Assembly: GCA_022071975.1 (NCBI GenBank)
Contig: JAJVIO010000034.1
Coordinates: 5,853 to 69,852, forward strand
From: Planctomycetota bacterium
GTDB taxonomy: Bacteria; Planctomycetota; UBA8742; UBA2392
Length of the DNA: 64,000 nucleotides
Direction of reading: 5' to 3'
In this document: in pieces, positions 61,487 through 64,000 of the stretch
How the letters are laid out: every line of letters starts with the position of its first letter
Numbering within the stretch: the first letter of the stretch is position 1
Position numbers and translations under genes: made by a program
The notes under the pieces: model-generated
The model's database searches: none
Told to the model about the DNA's origin: nothing
What the model saw: the letters and a program-made list of their open reading frames with translations, nothing else

Positions 61487-63328
61487 TCACCAGCTTCCGC
61501 CGAAGCGCTTCTTGCGCTTGCGCGGCAGGCGCGATGGACCGCCGGGCTGCGCGCCCGGCTGTGCTCCGGGCTGCGGGGGAGGTCCTGCGGGCGCCGGCGG
61601 CTGCGTGCCGGGCATGCCGTAACCCTTGAGGCGCGGGGCGCGCTTCTGGTTCACCAGCACCTGGCTGTCGCGCTTGACCTTCAACCCGCCGGCCGGCGCC
61701 GGCCCGTCGAAGAAACCGGGCAGCTTGCCCGTCCGCATCAGGTGCTCGATGTCCGACACCAGCTGGCTGGCGCTCGCCGGCCGATCCTCGGGGCGCTTGG
61801 CCATCATCGAGTAGACAAGCGTGCTGGTGGATTCCTGCAGGTCCGGTCGGAAGTTCTTGGGGTGCGGCGGCGGTTCGTGGATGTGTCGGTACATCACGAC
61901 TTCCGGCGGGCCCTCGAAGGGCACGCGCGCCGTAAGGCAGAAGTACAGCGTGACGCCCAGGCTGTAGATGTCGCTGCGGGTGTCGATGTCCTGGCGGCCC
62001 ATGGCCTGCTCAGGTGAGATGTAGTTGGGCGTGCCCACCGCCATGCCCTTGGCCGAGCCCGAATCTTCGGCGGCGCGCATCTTGGCCAGCCCGAGGTCGA
62101 GCAGTTTCACCTGGCGGTCGCGGGTGATCATGATGTTGTCAGGCTTTACGTCGCGGTGAACCAGGCTGAGTTTTTCCGCGTGCTCGAGCGCTTTCGCGAC
62201 CTGCAGGATGGCGTCCAGCGCCTGGCGCTCGTCCATGGCGCCGCGCTCTTTCACCAGCTGCTGCAGGGTCTTGCCCTCGACGTACTCCATCGCGAAGTAG
62301 CACAGGCCGTCCACTTCGCCGGCGTCGATGCCGGTGATTACGTTGGGGTGGTTCAGGCGGGCGCTGGCGCGAGCTTCCTGCAGGAATCGCTGCTTGATGG
62401 TGACGTTGGCCGCCAGCTCCGGCTGCAGCACCTTGATCGCCACGAAGCGGTCCATGCGCACCTGCTTGGCCTTGTACACCGTGCCCATGGCGCCCTGGCC
62501 CAGCTTTTCCGCCAGCTGGTAGCCCGGGATCTTGTCCTGCAGCTGGTACATCTGCTGGTAGCTCTTGATCTTTTCGACGCCCGGTTTGTCCAGGTAGCCG
62601 CGCTGCACGAGGATCTGGCCCAGCAGCGGCACGCGCTGCCCCTTGGCCAGCAGGGCCCGCTGCACGTTCACGCACTCCTGGATCTGTGCCGCAGTCACGA
62701 GTTTCAGGTTCACGGCCGCCTGGCCGAAGCTGATGCGCGCCTGGCCGGCCACGGTCTCAGGGGGTTTCTCGACTTCCACCGGGTCCATGTCCTGGGTTTC
62801 GGCCAGGCTGGGGTCCTGCGCGGCGCGGTACTGGACTTCCTGGGGCGGGCGCGACACCGGGGCCTGCGGTACTTCCGTTTGTTCGCCAACCGGTTGCTGG
62901 CTGCTGGCCGCACTGCGTGGATGCTGCTGACTGGACGCGCTGCTGCGTTGTGCCGGCTGGCTTGACGCTGCACTGCGCTGCTGCTGCGCGAGCTGCTGTG
63001 CGCGACTGAGCGGCTGCGGGGGCGGAGTACCCGGCTGGCGCGGTGGCACCGGTGAAACGCGAGCCGGAGGCTGCGTCGGTTTCTGGTTGCTCGGCGGCGG
63101 GCCCAGGGAAACCGTGGGAATCGAGGGCTGCGGCGGCTCCTCACCCTTCTGTTTGTCGGTTCCGGGCATCCGTCTGCTGTCTTCCTTGGGTTCCACACGG
63201 CGCGTCACGTGGGAGTCCGGCCGTTTGACCGGGTAAACACGCGGCGGACCCGAGCCGCCGCCTCCCTCCGAAGACGTGGACCGATTGACGTGCCTTGGCC
63301 CGTTGCTAGCCATCTCTTGTCCAAACAC
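61487..63328 (-). CDS. Ser/Thr protein kinase with long Pro/Gln/Ser-rich N-terminus and Pro-rich basic tail
   Basis: GQGAMGTVYKA, VAIKVL, HRDVKPDNIM, DLGLA and GTPNYISPEQ motifs. Confidence 0.9.
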   Translation of the reverse strand: MFGQEMASNGPRHVNRSTSSEGGGGSGPPRVYPVKRPDSHVTRRVEPKEDSRRMPGTDKQKGEEPPQPSIPTVSLGPPPSNQKPTQPPARVSPVPPRQPGTPPPQPLSRAQQLAQQQRSAASSQPAQRSSASSQQHPRSAASSQQPVGEQTEVPQAPVSRPPQEVQYRAAQDPSLAETQDMDPVEVEKPPETVAGQARISFGQAAVNLKLVTAAQIQECVNVQRALLAKGQRVPLLGQILVQRGYLDKPGVEKIKSYQQMYQLQDKIPGYQLAEKLGQGAMGTVYKAKQVRMDRFVAIKVLQPELAANVTIKQRFLQEARASARLNHPNVITGIDAGEVDGLCYFAMEYVEGKTLQQLVKERGAMDERQALDAILQVAKALEHAEKLSLVHRDVKPDNIMITRDRQVKLLDLGLAKMRAAEDSGSAKGMAVGTPNYISPEQAMGRQDIDTRSDIYSLGVTLYFCLTARVPFEGPPEVVMYRHIHEPPPHPKNFRPDLQESTSTLVYSMMAKRPEDRPASASQLVSDIEHLMRTGKLPGFFDGPAPAGGLKVKRDSQVLVNQKRAPRLKGYGMPGTQPPAPAGPPPQPGAQPGAQPGGPSRLPRKRKKRFGGSW

Positions 63329-63412
63329 TTAAGGGCGCCCACCCAGAGATGCACCGCGAGAACGCGCGGCACCCTGCTTGATTATTGCTTCATTTGAGCC
63401 ACTTGGCGAGGG

Positions 63413-63988
63413 TCAGCCACCTTCTCGTTTCGGGGTGACTCCTATCGCAGCGCGGGGAATGAAAGTAGCCGCTCCTTCCATCCGCTCTTGAAAGTTCCAT
63501 TCGAGGGGCATCACTTCGGCACGTCGGCCCCGGTAGGCGTTGGCATCGAGCCACCACTCAAGCAGGTGCGCATCACTTGTGGAAAACCCGGTTTCGCCTC
63601 GATGCGCCCTGGTTGCAAAGTCCCGGAAGCTGAACTCCCCCACCATTCCGAACGCAAGCAGCACGGGCTCAGAGCGACCGGATCCTGCATCCACCAGCGG
63701 AAGATCTTCAGCCCAGGCGCGCCAGCCTGGACGGCCAGGCAGCTTGCGAGGCAGGCCACGATAGGCGGGGTCATCAAGGTCCACGACCAGCGTGTCCGCC
63801 CACGGCTGCTCCGCCAGCAGGAACACGCGGGCAGAGTGCGCGCCACCGTCGCCACCGCGAACCAGTACGCTGGCCTCAATCACCGGAAGCGGTCGTGGCT
63901 GCAGCAGCGCCAGGCCGCCGATCGCCGCGCAACCCAGCAGCACCCCCACTTGCGCGGGCCACGCCCGCCGCGACAGGCGTCCGGCCAC
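63413..63988 (-). CDS. hypothetical protein with N-terminal TM/signal anchor (start may lie beyond the window)
   Basis: ORF only. AQVGVLLGCAAIGGLALL hydrophobic segment. Confidence 0.45.
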   Translation of the reverse strand: MAGRLSRRAWPAQVGVLLGCAAIGGLALLQPRPLPVIEASVLVRGGDGGAHSARVFLLAEQPWADTLVVDLDDPAYRGLPRKLPGRPGWRAWAEDLPLVDAGSGRSEPVLLAFGMVGEFSFRDFATRAHRGETGFSTSDAHLLEWWLDANAYRGRRAEVMPLEWNFQERMEGAATFIPRAAIGVTPKREGG

Positions 63989-64000
63989 GACCGGAGCCAG

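Overview
This is a high-GC bacterial chromosomal window (about two-thirds G+C by eye), densely coding on both strands. Lipoproteins and outer-membrane beta-barrels show a diderm cell. The gene content and repeat style suggest a Planctomycetota/Verrucomicrobiota-like (PVC) organism, but that is only my inference. All protein calls come from motif recognition in the supplied translations; no searches were run.

Gene content is mostly housekeeping and regulation:
- Core genes: phoH, cdsA-like, rlmI, ptsH, a COG0523 metallochaperone, gdhA, nadA, trxA, truA, hpf, yvcK, thiS/thiG, rpmB, tmk, a photolyase and mannose-6-phosphate isomerase.
- Regulators: two Rrf2, plus TrmB, MarR and TetR.
- Other notable genes: a Ser/Thr kinase, three paralogous membrane metallophosphoesterases, and an ECF sigma factor fused in one ORF to a TM helix and a WD40 propeller.
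- Several secreted, lipoprotein or OMP genes of unknown function.

I found no CRISPR array, rRNA, intact transposon or recognisable defence system.

The most unusual content is non-coding or structural:
1. Five intergenic spacers are built from 7-nt periodic arrays, each with its own core and often with dyad symmetry.
2. A GTAG-hairpin REP family sits next to a decayed REP-associated tyrosine transposase gene, and its TAG supplies the stop codon of three genes.
3. An 81-bp nested perfect palindrome is inserted in frame inside a 1030-aa FAD/Fe-S oxidase gene.
4. A 78-bp duplication of a gene's 3' end brackets a 101-bp triple-hairpin cassette.
5. A class-I tRNA carries a UGA anticodon and is followed by about 440 nt of ORF-free structured sequence.
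6. A signal peptide is separated from its mature domain by in-frame TGA-TGA.

Many long ORFs in the track are antisense shadows of real genes, as expected at high GC, and were rejected.
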